From positions 186,001 through 250,000 of the forward strand of contig NW_027590365.1 in assembly GCF_964213995.1 (NCBI RefSeq): a stretch of 64,000 nt of DNA. Reading direction: 5' to 3'. Position numbers and translations under genes: made by a program. The stretch's first letter is position 1, and each line of letters starts with the position of its first letter. Below, piece after piece: positions 36,981 to 50,428 of the stretch. The notes under the pieces are model-generated. The model did not search any database, was not told where the DNA came from, and worked only from the letters and a program-made list of their open reading frames with translations. This DNA comes from Mustelus asterias. Its lineage: Eukaryota.

Positions 36981-37034
36981 TTTGAAGAGAGGGGTGACTT
37001 TATTGCATCTTCCCCAATGCCCGACTCATCTTTC

Positions 37035-37292
37035 CCAGGCCCTATCCCTGTAGCCCTACATTTTTACCCCACTAATCCACCTAATCTACATCTATTGGGA
37101 CACAAAGGGGCAATTTAGCATGGCCAATCAATTTAACCCGCACATCTTTGGACTGTGGGAAGAACCTGGAGAACTCAGAAATCCACACAGACATGGAGAG
37201 AATGCGCATACTCCACACAGACTGTCACCGGGATTGAACCTGGGTCCCTGGCACTGTGAGGCAGCAGTGCTAACCACTGTGCTGCCATGGCG
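37035..37292 (-). mobile_element. V-SINE
   Basis: SINE head and core, reverse complement. Confidence 0.75.
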
Positions 37293-38135
37293 CCATATCT
37301 AAATAAACTATCCTAAATGATTAGCTATTTGCTCTTTGATTATTGACTCCAGCGTCTTGCCAATAATAGATATTAAATTAACTGACCTATAGTTCTCTGC
37401 CTTCTGCCTTTCTCCCTTTTTGACCAAGGGAATCACATTGGCTGATTGCCAATCTTCTGATACTCTCCCGGAATCTAGCAAGTTACGAAAAATTTAAACA
37501 AAATTCTCCACTATCTCTTCAGCAACCTCCATTAAAAAGCTAGCGTGCAGTTCATTGGGTCCTGGTGACTTGTCCGCCCTTAGTCACTGAAGGGAAAGGA
37601 AGTGAGTCCAGTCTATATAATCCATACATTTTTCGTCCAGTCATATAGACATATCTGTGTCTGGCAGCCTGCATGGAGATTTCCAGCTCTCTGTGTCCAG
37701 GACAGGAAGCAGTGAGCATGGATCTGTCAATCAGCCTCAATCAGCACCTTCAGGAGAATTGGGAGGGTGAATATTAGATACAGCAGAGTGAGAATGGAGG
37801 GAGAGTGTGTGGGATGGAGATTGACAGCTTTTGGGGAATGAGAGAGAAAGGAATGTTTCATAGAAACTAGAATTGTCTGTTCTGAATTTCTATCCTGTAC
37901 TGACACTGATGACTTTTGTAAATTCCTTTTACAGGATATCAGAAGGTGAGAATTTACAGACAGAAATCTCAAACCAAACATCACATCAACATCTGACAGA
38001 ATCACTCAATTCATCGGGACCTGAATATCACTGACCTTTCAATCTAGAAGGGGAAAGGTTTCTCTGTTCTGTCAGCTTCTGAAGATTTTAAGTATCTGTG
38101 TGACTGGAAAAGCACCAAGACACACACACACCTGA

Positions 38136-38249
<114 letters not shown>

Positions 38250-38292
38250 TAACTGATTGTTTAACCTGGAGAGTCACAAGGACACCCGAACC

Positions 38293-39044
38293 ATGGGGAA
38301 ACCGTGGAAATGTGGGGACTGTGGGAAGGGATACATGTGCCCATCTCGGCTGGAAATCCATCGACGCAGTCACACTGGCGAGAGGTCCTTCAGCTGCTGT
38401 GTGTGTGGGAAGGGATTCACTCAGTCATCCGAACTGCGGACACACCAACTAGTTCACACTGGGGAGAGGCCATTCACCTGCTCTGTGTGTGGGAAGGGAT
38501 TCACTCAGTCATCCAGCCTGCAGGCACACCAGCGAGTTCACACTGGGAAGAAGCCATTCACCTGCTGCGTGTGTGGGAAGAGATTCAGTCAGTTATCCAA
38601 CCAGCAGAGACACCAGCGAGTTCATAATGGGGAGAGACCATTCACCTGCCCTGTGTGTGGGAAGGGATTCCGTCAGTTATCCACCCTGCAGAAACACCAG
38701 CGAGTTCACACTGGGGAGAGGCCTTTCACCTGCCCTCAGTGTGAGAAAGGATTCTCCAACTCTTCCAGCCTGCAGACAGCGCATTCACACTGGAGAGAGA
38801 CCATTCACCTGCTCTCAGTGTGGGAAGGGATTTACTGCCTCATCCAGTTTGCAGACACACCAGCAAGTTCACACCGGAGAGAGGCCGTTCACCTGCCCGA
38901 AGTGTGAGAAGGGATTCACTAACTCATCCAGCCTGCGGACACACCAGCGAGTTCACACTGGGGAGAGGCCGTTCACCTGCTCTGTGTGGGAAGGGATTCA
39001 GAGTTTCATCCCAGCTGCTGCGACACCAACAAGTTCACGAGTGA
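38293..39044 (+). pseudogene. ZNF-E: 9 fingers with two frameshifts (about 5 nt at 38778, 2 nt at 38985)
   Basis: cagacagcg instead of cagacacaccagcg; tgctctgtgtggg; acceptor at 37931-37934. Confidence 0.75.
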
Positions 39045-41059
39045 CTCCAGGGGTTGGATTCTGCTGTTATTGTTTCTGCTCTCAATTACATCCAGGACTG
39101 CATTTTGTTCATTCTCACAGTTGGTCAATGGGGAGGGTCGGAGGGTTTCTTTCTGCTGGACTGGCCGGTCTCACCACTTTGCTTCCAGTGGGCTGATGCT
39201 CTTTGAGTCTTGTTGCGAATACCTGGTTTCAAATTTCACAAGGATCACAGAGTGACAGGGTGTTAGGAAGTTAAGAGTCAGTATTTCTGTTTGAAACTTC
39301 CCAAATGCTCATCCAATTTCCTTTGTAATTGTTTATTGTCTCCACTTCCTCCACCCTCGGAGGCAGCGAGTTCCAGGTCATTACCATTCGCTGCATCAGA
39401 ATATTCTTCTTCACATCCCCCCCCCCCCTCGCATCTCTGTTCCAAAACCTTAAATCTGTGTCCCCCTTGTCCTTGTCCCATCAGTTAATGAGAACAGCTT
39501 TTCTTTGTCCACCTTATCTAAACCTGTCAGAATCTTGTCCACCTCTATCAAATCTCCCTTCAACCTCCTTTGCTCCAAGGAGAACAACCCCAGCCTGACA
39601 TTGACAATAAAGAACAAACTAACATAATATGTTACTACCTGAAATTAAATGGGAATGTTTAATTTCTGTTTTAAAGATATTGTGAATATATTGTCCTGGC
39701 CAATAAAGAAATTGCAATAACTCACCTTGGGTGTGGTTGAATGGAATATATCAATCTGGTATCCACCTACAGTCCAGTGAATGTCTGGAATGTGTAGCTG
39801 GAAATCCCTCCCTAACAGCACTGTGGGTGTACCTACACCTCAGGCATTGTAGCAGTTCAAGAAGGCAGTGTGGGGTTGACCATGGCCGAGGCAGCTACAG
39901 ACAGCCACATATTCTGTTATAATTGAAGGACAGCAGATTGAATGTGAGGCATTGTGGGACTGGACTATCTTGACCACATTCCTGTGACTGCTCAGTTTCT
40001 GCAATCACGGACCATTAAAGCTGCTCAGCAGGGCCCCGACAGAGGACCTGGTGAGAATATTTACTCAGAATGAGTTAGAATTAAACTTATTCCAGGACTG
40101 GCTGGTGTTCAGTGGCTGAGATACTTGAATCTGTAAAAAGGGGGTCTGACCAATCAACAAACGATGATAGGTAGTTGGTTCAAAGCGTTCTCAGGCATTA
40201 TTTAAATTATTTTATCATATATTTGTGACCTGATAGTTGAAGTGACAGATACTCCAAGTAGCACTGGACTGAAAAGCAGACCTCTGAGAGTAGATTCTAA
40301 TGGTTATAATCTTACCCAAGCATGGCCAGTGAAAAACCAGAGCTCGAGTGGGTACCGGACAGGTCTCTTACCTGCCATTTGGAAACTAAGAACAAGAAAC
40401 TTATTGATACAATGTTAAGAGAATAGAGCCAACGTTTTGAGTCTGGATTACACTTCAGAAGAGCTCTTATGAAAGGTCATCCAGACTTGAAACATTGGCT
40501 CTATTCTCTCTCCACAGATACTGTCAGACCTGCTGAGATTTTCCAGCATTTTCTGTTTTTGTTTCAGATTCCAGATTCCGCAGTATTTTACTTTTATGAT
40601 AAAATGATTAGTTCTGATTGGAATCCCCACGACTCTCCCGCCAAATAGAGGGAGTGGTGGCAAAGGGAAAAAAGGATAAGGATGATAAAGTCTGGGTTCT
40701 GATTCTCATGTAGAACTAACAAAATGAGTGAATCAGTTTATAAAGAACAGAAGTTACCCATCCCTAACAAAAACTGATCAAATTAAAATTATTCGGTTGA
40801 GGAAGAAAACAAAAAGAATAATAGATGAAGTTTAAAATTAAGATTGTTTTGTTGTTAGAGATTTTTTAAATTATGTAAAGTGATGTAATTGTGTGCCAAG
40901 CTTTTGCTGCTCACTCCCCACCCCTTTAGGTTCTGTAGAAAAGTTAACCCTTTCAGCAGACAGTTCATTTGTTTTTAAATCGCCCAGAAACGTATGTCTA
41001 TTTTGCTTTATAATTGAGGATTTATGGGAACCAGTTAAATGTGGAAATTTTAAGCATAG

Positions 41060-41600
41060 CCACTAAGACCATATTCACTTGCGGTGTGACCCTGAGTCAG
41101 GAACAGTTTCAGAGTCAACAACCTGTTACTGAGAACATGGCAGAGGATCATGCTGCTGTGGATGTTCACCAGGAAATGGTTCCTGTGTTTCCAGCTTTGC
41201 CAGTTGACTCTGCTGTGGGAGTGGAAGAGGAATGTTCATGTACAGATTCTCAAACTGCCTCTTCACCTCCCATTCCAGATCCACCATTACAAGATTTACC
41301 AGTCTTGTAATGGTGGATCTGGAATGGTCGCAATGCAACCACAAAGCTCCTGACAGACTTCCGTATCATTAAAGACATTACTTTGTTGTATTTCTGTCCT
41401 AATGGGGGATTGAAATTTAAGGGGAGGAGAAGTGTTACAGAGTGTTCTTCTCAGCCTCTCTCCCTTCTGAGCACGTGCGGGCTTTGGGCGGGGTTTCAGT
41501 CTGCAAGTCCAGGCTGGTTCCAATGCTCCTGTTTCCTTTTGTTTGCCAATGAGTTTTAAACGTTGTTATTTATATAAAGAACATTCTGCTTTTAACAATG
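41060..41600 (+). mobile_element. Possible Gypsy-type pol end, polypurine tract and LTR start
   Basis: ..HKAPDRL-like end, purine tract aaggggaggagaag then tgtt at about 41432; interrupts the shared flank. Confidence 0.4.
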
Positions 41601-41867
41601 CATTTGACTACCTTATTTGTGGACTGACGTTCCCACAATTGTAAAGCAGGAGATTAGTTAAATGGACAGCCTGAATTGAGAGACAATTAAAGAATAAATG
41701 ATTCATTAATACAGATGTTAGGCTGGAAATGTAAATTTGAACACAAAAGTTTATAACGTTTAGAATTATAAAGATATAAAGAATGTTTAAAATGCTGTGG
41801 GGATTATACGATGTTCCCTTCTGAGGCCAACAGAATAGAAAAAAAACAGATAACAAGACTTGTTAGC

Positions 41868-42165
41868 GTGGCGCGGTGCCACAGGTTCGCACTGCTGCCT
41901 CACAGCGCCAGGGACCTGGGTTCGATTCCCGGCTTGGGTGACTGTGCAGAGTCTGCACGTTCTCCCCGTGTCTGCGTGGGTTTCCTCTGGGTGATCCAGT
42001 TTGTTCCCGAAGTCCAAAGGACGTGTGGGTTAGGTGGATTGGCCATGCTAAATTCTCCCTCAGTGTACCCGAACAGATGTCGGAGTGTTGCGACTAGGGG
42101 GATTTTCCCAGTAACTTCATTGCAGTGTTAATGTCAGCATACTTGTGACACTAATTAATAAACTT
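41868..42165 (+). mobile_element. V-SINE with non-CR1 tail; second copy at 42495-42748 (-)
   Basis: SINE core followed by cagtaacttcattgcagtgttaatgt tail. Confidence 0.75.
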
Positions 42166-43184
42166 TAAAACATTGTTAACCTTGACTGGAGGGAATGAAT
42201 CGTCTCCTGTTCAAGATGTCTCAACATTGAATGACTGATGTTAACCAATTATTGGTCGACACTCAGGCTTCCCCAAGCTAAGAGATATCATTTGAGAGAA
42301 AGAATTGTCTTAAAATTCAGACAATGTGCGCAATTAGCTAAAAACCAGTTTCATTATTGACAAGTTATAGACCAATTGGCTAATTCCCAACAATTGGCTG
42401 AGCTGGGCTTTCTACATGTTGAAAGTATAAAAAAGGGGATTCAAGAAACCAATTTGGCAAAAGTTTTTAAAAGTTCAAGGTGTTTTTAAGCTTATTTATT
42501 AGTGTCACACATTCACACTGCAATGAAGTTACGCTGAAAATCCTTTAGACACCACACTGGTGCCTGTTCGGGGAAACTGAGGGAGAATTTAACATGCTCA
42601 ATGTACCTAACCAGCAAGTCCTTTGGACTTTGGGGAAAAAACCCCCACAGACAGGGGAGAATATGCAGACTCTGCACAGACAGTGACCCAAGGTGGAACT
42701 CAAACCCGGGTCTCTGGCGCTGTGAGGCAGCAGTGCGAACCACTGTGTCCTACAGAGAGGTATTGGGAGCTGTTGATTTTACAAGTTATCCGTGTTTTCA
42801 GAGCCACCACTTCATGTCCTGGTCTGAGAGGGATGGAGAGAAGTTAAAGTTAAGCTTTCTCCTTTACTTTTTTATCTTTCTGACTTGTTACATTTTTAAT
42901 CGTGAATAAACTTTCTGAATTCACCATTTAAAGTGTTCTTTCTTGCCACATGGTTAAGTCACTGGAACCTGGGTGAGTTATGATTAGGGAGGTTGTTGTA
43001 AACAAGTGAACCCCATAAATCTTAGTTCAAACAAATCAAAATTCTTACATATGGAATGCAATCCTTTATTACGAGAGAAATTAAACAGAGAAGTAAAGAT
43101 GTTATGCTTCAGTTATACAGGGCGTTGCTGGAACTGCATCTTGAATAGGGGCTGCAGTTTTTGTCTCCTATTAAACAAAGGATT

Positions 43185-43505
43185 GTAGAATCCCTACAGT
43201 ACAGACAGAGGCCGTTCTGTCCATCGAGTCTGTACCAAACACCATCCCATCCAGGCCCTATTCCCATAACCACATGCATTTACTCCAGCCAGTCCGCCTG
43301 ACACTAAGGGTCAATTTAACACGGCCAAATCAACCTAACCCACACATCTTTGGACTGTGGGAGGAAACCGGAGCACCCGGAGGAAACCCACGCAGACACG
43401 GGGAGAATGTGCAAACTCCACACAGACAGTGACCCAGGCTGGAATTGAACCTGGGTCCCTGGCGTTGTGAGGCAGCAGTGCTAACCACTGTGCTGCCGTG
43501 CTGTC
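43185..43505 (-). mobile_element. V-SINE with CR1 tail
   Basis: Head, core and tail. Confidence 0.85.
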
Positions 43506-43904
43506 CCATTTTATAAATACCATGGAAGCAGTTCAGAGGAGATTTACTAGATTGATTCCCAATCCAGTAGTGTGAAATATTAACACTGTTTCTCTCTCCA
43601 TAAATGTTGCCAGACCTAATGCATTTTTCCAGTCCTTTCTGTATTTATTTCAGATCTACCAGTAGTGGTAGGAAAAACACTATTTACTATCCAGGATAAA
43701 TAAATGTCCTTCATCAGCTTTTGTGGATCATTTCAGTGGAAATGTGCTCTCCCAGGCTCAAAGAGCATCAGCCCACTGGAAGCAAAATTGTGAGACCGGC
43801 CAGTCCAGCAGAAAGAAACCCTCCGACCCTCCCACTTCACCGACTGTCAGAATGAACATGGTTCAGTCCTGGATGTGATTAATAGCAGCATCCAACCCCT
43901 GTCA

Positions 43905-44747
43905 TCATTCGTGAACTCGCTGGTGTCTCCGCAGGCTGGATGACTGAGTGAATCCCTTCCCACACAAACAGCAGGTGAATGGTCTCTCCCCAGTGTGAAC
44001 TCGCTGGTGCTCCCGCAGGCTGGATGACGTTCTAAATTTCTTTGTGCAGTGAGAGCAGCTGAACGGTCTGTCCTCAGTGTGAATGCGCTGGTGGATAACC
44101 AGATCCCGAGAACTTTTGAAACCGCTGCCACAGTCAGAGCATTTAAAGGGTCTCTCCTGGGTGTGAGTGAGATTGTGACTCAGCAGGCTGGATGAATGAG
44201 TGAATCCCTTCCCACACACAGAGCAGGTGAACGGTCTCTCCCTGGTGTGAATTCGCTGGTGCTCCCGCAGGTGGGATGATGTTCTAAATGTCTTTGTGCA
44301 GTGAGAGCAGCTGAACGGTCTCTCCCCAGTGTGAATCCGCTGGTGGATCGTCAGATCCCGAGAGCTTTTGAAACCACTTCCACAGTCAGAGCATTTAAAG
44401 GGTTTCTCATTGCTGTGAGTGACTTTGTGTTTCGACAGATTGGATAACTGCATAAATCCTTTCCCACACACCAAGCAGATGAATGGTCTCTCTCCAGTGT
44501 GAACGCGCTGGTGTCTCTGCAGATCAGGTAAATGAGCGAATCCGTTCCCACACTCAAAGCAGATGAACGCTCTTTCTCCAGTGTGAACCAGCCGATGTCG
44601 CTGCAGATGATATAACCGAGTGAATCCCTTCCCACACACAGAACAGGTGTACGGCTTCTCTCCAGTGTGAATACGTCGATGAATTTGCAGCTCAGAGGGG
44701 GTTTTGCAACCCTTCCCACAGTCCCCACATTTCCACGGTTTCTCCAT
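43905..44747 (-). CDS. ZNF-F: C2H2 zinc-finger-only protein, 10 fingers
   Basis: 280 aa open; internal duplication (FKCSDCGSGFKSSRDL and FSCSHCTK each twice); acceptor at 45138-45140. Confidence 0.87.
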   Translation of the reverse strand: MEKPWKCGDCGKGCKTPSELQIHRRIHTGEKPYTCSVCGKGFTRLYHLQRHRLVHTGERAFICFECGNGFAHLPDLQRHQRVHTGERPFICLVCGKGFMQLSNLSKHKVTHSNEKPFKCSDCGSGFKSSRDLTIHQRIHTGERPFSCSHCTKTFRTSSHLREHQRIHTRERPFTCSVCGKGFTHSSSLLSHNLTHTQERPFKCSDCGSGFKSSRDLVIHQRIHTEDRPFSCSHCTKKFRTSSSLREHQRVHTGERPFTCCLCGKGFTQSSSLRRHQRVHE

Positions 44748-44906
44748 GTTGCAGGTGTCCTTGTGTTGCTCCAGGTTTGACCATCAGTTGAAGTCTCACA
44801 CAGAACAAGATTATAGTGCCCTGCTGTGATGGTGCAATATTTTTTCAGGCTGTGTAACTGGGAGGCTCTTTCCACAGTCAATGCATGGGAAAATCTCAGT
44901 TGATTT

Positions 44907-44917
44907 TGTGTCTGTGT

Positions 44918-44954
<37 letters not shown>
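44907..44954. repeat. (GT)n microsatellite in the ZNF-F 5' UTR
   Basis: About 24 GT/CT units. Confidence 0.95.
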
Positions 44955-44956
<2 letters not shown>

Positions 44957-45540
44957 TCCTGTTCCAGTCACACTGATGTTTAAAGACTGCGAAAGCCGAC
45001 AGAACAGAGAAACATTTCTCCTTCTGGATTCAAAGACCCAAGATATTCAGGTCCCGATGAATTGAGTGACTCTGTCAGATGTTGATGTGATGTTTGGTTT
45101 GAGATTTCTGTCTGTAAAATCCTCAACTTCTGATATCCTGTAAAAGGAGTTTACAAAGGTTATCACTGACAGTACAGGATAGAAATTCAGAACAGACAGT
45201 TCGAGTTTCCATGGAACATTATTTCCACTCTCATTCCCCAAGAGCTGCAAATCTCCATCCCACACACTCTCCCTCCATTCTCACTCTGCTGTATCTAATA
45301 TTCACCCTCCCAATTCTCCTGTAGGTGCTGATTGACAGATCCATGCTCACTGCATCCTGTCCTGGACAGAGAGAGCTGGAAATCTCCATGCAGGCTGCCA
45401 GACTGGACTGACAATGTGTGGAACATACCGACTGGATTCACTTCCTTTCCCTTCAGTTGCTGCAAGTCCCCAATTTCCCCCAGAATGAGAAAAGAAATGG
45501 AAAGGGGGAGAAAATAAAGTGTTTTACCCACAGATGTTGG

Positions 45541-45925
45541 CCTCTTTTAAGGCCAAACCAAATAAACAAACTCAAGTTAAATCAGGACAAAGTAAAAGGG
45601 GCAGCTCCCCAAAAGGAGGGGGAACAGCCCGAACAAAAATCAAAGTACAAAGGAAACTTAAAAACATCAAATCAAAGTGTGATTATTAGGGTCGATAACG
45701 CACCCCAACACCTGCAGTGCCCAACGGGGGCGGAAGGCGTCAACCGCGCCCGTGGACACCACATGCTCCCTCTCCAGGGACACCTGGCCGTGAACATAAC
45801 CGCAGTAGAGGGGCAGACAGTCAGGGCGGACGGCCCCCTCGATCGCCCGCTGCCTGGACCGATAAATGGCACGCTTCGCCAGGCCCAGGAGCAGGTTCAC
45901 GAGGAAGTCGCCATCCTGACCCACC
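45541..45925 (-). mobile_element. Tx1/L1-clade 3' fragment, same family as 2306-3038
   Basis: NLLLGLAKRAIY...DAFRPRWALQ; ends ccttaaaagagg before caacatct|gtgggt. Confidence 0.65.
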
Positions 45926-46199
45926 CCTTTCTGCGTGGGTTTCCTCCAGGTGGTCCGGTTTCCTCCCACGGTCCAAAGATGTGTGGGTTAAGTTGATTGG
46001 CCATGCTAAAACAAATTGCCACTTAGTGTCCTGGGATGCATAAATTCGAAGGATTAGCGGGTAAAATATGTAGAGATATGGGGGTAGGGCCTGGGTGGGA
46101 TTGTGGTCGGTGCAGACTCGATGGGCTGAATGGCCTCTTTCTGTACTGTAGGGTTTCTATGATTCTATTGTCCCTCTGAAGACAGAGGTTCTGAACCAG

Positions 46200-46530
46200 C
46201 CCCTGAAACCACGCCCATTGTGACCCGCCACCGACAGCAGCGCATGCGCTCTCCTTCCCCGCTGAAACAAGATGGCGGACGATAACCGGGGCCTGTTCCC
46301 GGGATAAAAGCCTAGGAGCTGTAAACCCGGGACCTGCAGGGTCTATTCGGGCCGTGCGGCCTACAGCGGGTGTTTGTGAAGCCAGAGCTCCCTCCCTACC
46401 CCGACTTCCGGCTCCATTTCTCCCGCAGCCCCACCGACTCACCCGTTGAAAAAAGCATCTCCCGCATTCATGGGGCTCTGGGCAAAGTGACACTGCGCAC
46501 GCTCCAGATATAGCACCGCGCCTGCGCAAT
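46200..46530. promoter_or_regulatory. CpG promoter (NRF1 gcgcatgcgc, YY1 aagatggcgg); minus-strand donor gtgagt near 46441
   Basis: CpG-rich sequence with these motifs; candidate promoter for ZNF-F. Confidence 0.6.
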
Positions 46531-47087
46531 AGGCTCCTGTGGAATGAATAGGACACTTTCACACCCGCAGGGGCACCTGGGAATTAATGGCGTCATTGTC
46601 AATCAAAGACAATAATAGAAAATTATCTTGTGCAATTAAGATCAATTAATTTTTAAAAATGCATTCCTCGGAATTTGTGCGCTGCCATTCTCTATTTCTA
46701 AAATTAATTTAAACCAGTGCTCTCCTGTGGGAATACCCCGAGTTTTAAAAACTTTTCCCACTGGTTTCCTCTCCTCTCTCTGCTCTCTTGAAGGTGCTCA
46801 TACTGGTTGGGTAAGTCCCACAGAGACTGGTTTCTTGCACTTTGTTTCTCCTGATGCTGACTATTCTGTTTTATGGAATGATACATCACAGATGGAAACC
46901 ACTTGGCACATCCTGCCCAGTCAGGCTGTCTTTAAGATTTGTCCAATTAATCCCACAGCCCTGCTGGCAGAGTGAGAACGATATCTATATGTACTGCAGC
47001 AATGCAGGAGGTGAATGGAAAATGTTTTCCAGTTGCATACCTCTCAAACACACTCACCCCTAGAAAGATAAATTGGCCCTGTGTACT

Positions 47088-48052
47088 AAGAACAAAGAAA
47101 ATTGCAGCACAGGAACTGGCCGTTCGGCCCTCCAAGCCTGCACCGACCATACTGCCCGACTTAACTAAAACCCACTACCCTCCCAGGGACCATATCCCTC
47201 TATTCCCATCTCATTCATGTACTTGTCAAGACGTCGCTTAAAAGTCAAGACCGTATCTGCTTCCACTACCTCCCCCGGCAATGAATACCAGGCACCCACC
47301 ACTCTCTGTGTAAAACATCTGCCTCGTACATCTCTTTTAAACTTTACCCCTCGCACCTTAAACCTATTCCCCACAGTAATTGACTCTTCCACCCTGGGAA
47401 AAAGCTTCTGACAATCCACTCTTTCCATGCCTCTCATAATCTTGAAGACTTCTATCAGGTCTCCCCTCAACCTCCATCGCTCAAGTGAGAACAAACCAAG
47501 TTTCTCCAACCTCTCCTCAAAGCTAATGCCCTCCATACCAGGCAACATCCTGGTAAATCTTTTCTGGACCCTCTCCAAAGCCTTCCTTCTGGTAGTGTGG
47601 CGACCAGAATTGAACACTATATTCCAAGTGCGGCCTAACTAAGGTTCTATAAAGCTGCAACATGGCTTGCCAATTTTAAACTCAATGCCCCAGCCGATGA
47701 AGGTAAGCATGCCGTATACCTTCTTGATGACCTTCTCCATCTGCATTGCCACTTTCAGTAATCTGTGTACCTGTACACCCAGATCCCTCTGCCTATCAAT
47801 ATTGTTAAAGGTTCTGCCATTTACTGTATATTTCCTATCTGTATAAGACCTTCCAAACTGCATTACCTCACATTTGTCCGGATTAAACTCCATCTGTCAT
47901 CTCTCCACCCAAGTCTCCAACTGGCCTATATCCTGCTGTATCCTCTGATGGTCCTCATCACTATCCGCAAATCCACCAACCTTTGTGTCGTCCGCAAACG
48001 TACCTATCAATCCAGTTACATTTTCCTCCAAATCATTTATACATATTATATA
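47088..48052 (-). mobile_element. 5'-truncated CR1 abutting the ZNF-G coding sequence
   Basis: INDLEENVTGLIGTFADDTK through the C-terminus and tail. Confidence 0.88.
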
Positions 48053-48054
48053 TA

Positions 48055-48480
48055 TCCTGTGTGAATTCGCTGTTGTGTCCAAAGACTGGATGGCCCAGCA
48101 AAATCCTTCCCACACAAGGAGCAGGTGAACAATCTCTCCCCAGTGTGAACTCGCTGATGTGCACTGAGGTTGGATGAACATGAGAACCCCTTTCCACAGG
48201 TGGAGCAGCTGAACGGCCTCTCCTCAGTGTGAATTTGCTGGTGTAACAGCAGGTGGGATAGTGAATCCTTTCCCAAACACAGAACAGATGGCCTCTCTCC
48301 AGTGTGACTGAGTCTATGGTTTTCCAGCAAGTACAGATAATTGAATCCTTTATCACAATCATCACATTTCCATGGTTTCTCCATTTTCCCAGCCCCATTG
48401 TGACCGTGTCGATGGGTTTCCAACCGGGATGGATAATTGAATCCTTTACCACAATCCTCACATTTCCACGGTTTGTCCAT
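48055..48480 (-). pseudogene. ZNF-G: degenerate ZNF truncated by CR1
   Basis: MDKPWKC..MEKPWKC duplicated first finger, broken third finger. Confidence 0.75.
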
Positions 48481-49445
48481 GGTGCTGGTGTCCTTCTGTC
48501 TCTCCAGGTTGGATGATTAGTTGAAGCCTCATCCACATACAGACCATGGTGTGATGTTTTTCAGGCTATGTAACTGGTTAAAGCTCTATCCACAGTCAGT
48601 TCACTGGAGCACTCTCACTTGGGTGTATGTGTGTGTCTCAGTTCTTTTTCTGTCACATTGAATTTCGAAATTTTCTTCCACTGACAAAACAGGGAACGAT
48701 TTATCCCTCCACTGTCAAAAGCAATCATATTTAGGTCATGATGAATCGAATGGCTCTGTCAGACTTTGATGTGAAGTTTAGTTTGAGTTTCCTGTCTGTG
48801 AATCTTCCTCTTCTAGTTCCCTGCACAAAGAGTTTTAAAAAACTGCTTCAGAACAGACAATTTCAGTTTCCACGAAACATTTCTCTGTCTCATTTATCTT
48901 GAGCTGTAATCCCCATCCCACACACTCTCTCTTGTCCCTGAGCTGAAATCAATCTCATTGCCCCATCTCCACTCTGAGCCCAGCTCCCTCTCCCTCCAGC
49001 TGGATTCAGTCCTGCAGGCCATGTGCAGATTGAGAGTACAATCAAGGAGTCAATTATTTTCCGTCCAAGTCAGGGGCCGTGCAGCCCCACTGACTCTGTT
49101 GTTACCACAATGGGCACACGTGCTCTGCTCACCAATGAAACACCACAATGACCATTAACATCGGCCTGTTCCTTGGAAAAACTCCATTTTATTTGTGCCA
49201 CAACAGCAGCGGAATTACCTCCTGCACAGGCACAAAGGTATCATCAGTCACAGAAAATAATTGCAGCTGGTGTCTCAAACCTCATTTTACCATTTGCTCC
49301 CTGACATTCTCAATTCAATTTTGAAATGCAAACTGAAATCTGGCAAAGTGGGGTAAATTAAACACATTTTAATGGTCATTTTCAGAATGACTATTTCCGA
49401 GAATTAATTCCCAAGTCAGGAAATTAAAATTCTCATCAGCAATGT

Positions 49446-49765
49446 CGGCGGCACAGTGGTTAGCACTGCTGCCTCACAGCTCCAGGGACCTGGGTTTGAT
49501 TCCCAACTTGGGTCGCTGTCCGTGTGGAGTCTGCCCATTCTCCCCATGTCAGCGTGGGTTTTCTCCAGATGCTCCGGTTTCCTCCCATTGTCCAAAGATA
49601 TGCCAGTTACGTGCATTGGCTATGCTAAATTGCCCCTTCGTGTCCCGGGATGAGTAGGTTAGAGGGATTAGCAGGTTACATATGTGGGGTTATGGGAATA
49701 GGGCCTAGGTGGGATTGTTGTCGGTGCAGACTCGATGGGCCGAACAACCTCCTTCAGCACTGTCG
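49446..49765 (+). mobile_element. V-SINE
   Basis: Head, core and tail. Confidence 0.85.
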
Positions 49766-50428
49766 GGATATGAAATACATTGGGAGAATTGCTATTTTAA
49801 TGGACATTTTCACAAATGCTATAAAATGATTTTTCAACACAAATTAATATTTTCTTCAACAGATGATTAATAAATAAAAAGTATTTAATAAAACAACCAC
49901 CCAGTGTGGGGTTCAGGATTCTAACTCAGGGTTTCTGAGCTCCAGGAACCACTAACTGAACCAACCGAGAATTGTCTCCACTAAACTTCCCCAACTCCCT
50001 CCCGGGAAAAAGCTGCAAACTCGGGAGCTGCAGCTTTTTACTGGGGGTGTTGGGGCCTCCAGCGGGTGTTTGTGAATCCTCCCCGCCCACCTCCCAGGGT
50101 TTCTTTCCTTCCCAGAGATCAGAGTCCTCATTGATTTGAGGCCAAAGTGTAACCTCTTATTTATTGTCCCCCTCCCCCATCCTCTGATGTGAACCATCCT
50201 CCAGTGGCTGAGCCAGGATGGGGCCGTTAACCTGGGCCTGTTCCTGGGAGGGAGGGAGGGAGAAGCCCCGCAGCTGCAAACCAGGGAGCTGACAATGATT
50301 CTGAAGGGTTTGCGGATCCACAAAGTGTTTCCAAATCCTCCCAGCCACCGCCGAACGCTGACTCCGCTTCTCCGGGACAAACAAGCGCCAAGGACAGCAA
50401 TGACACTGCGCATGCTCCACATCACAAT

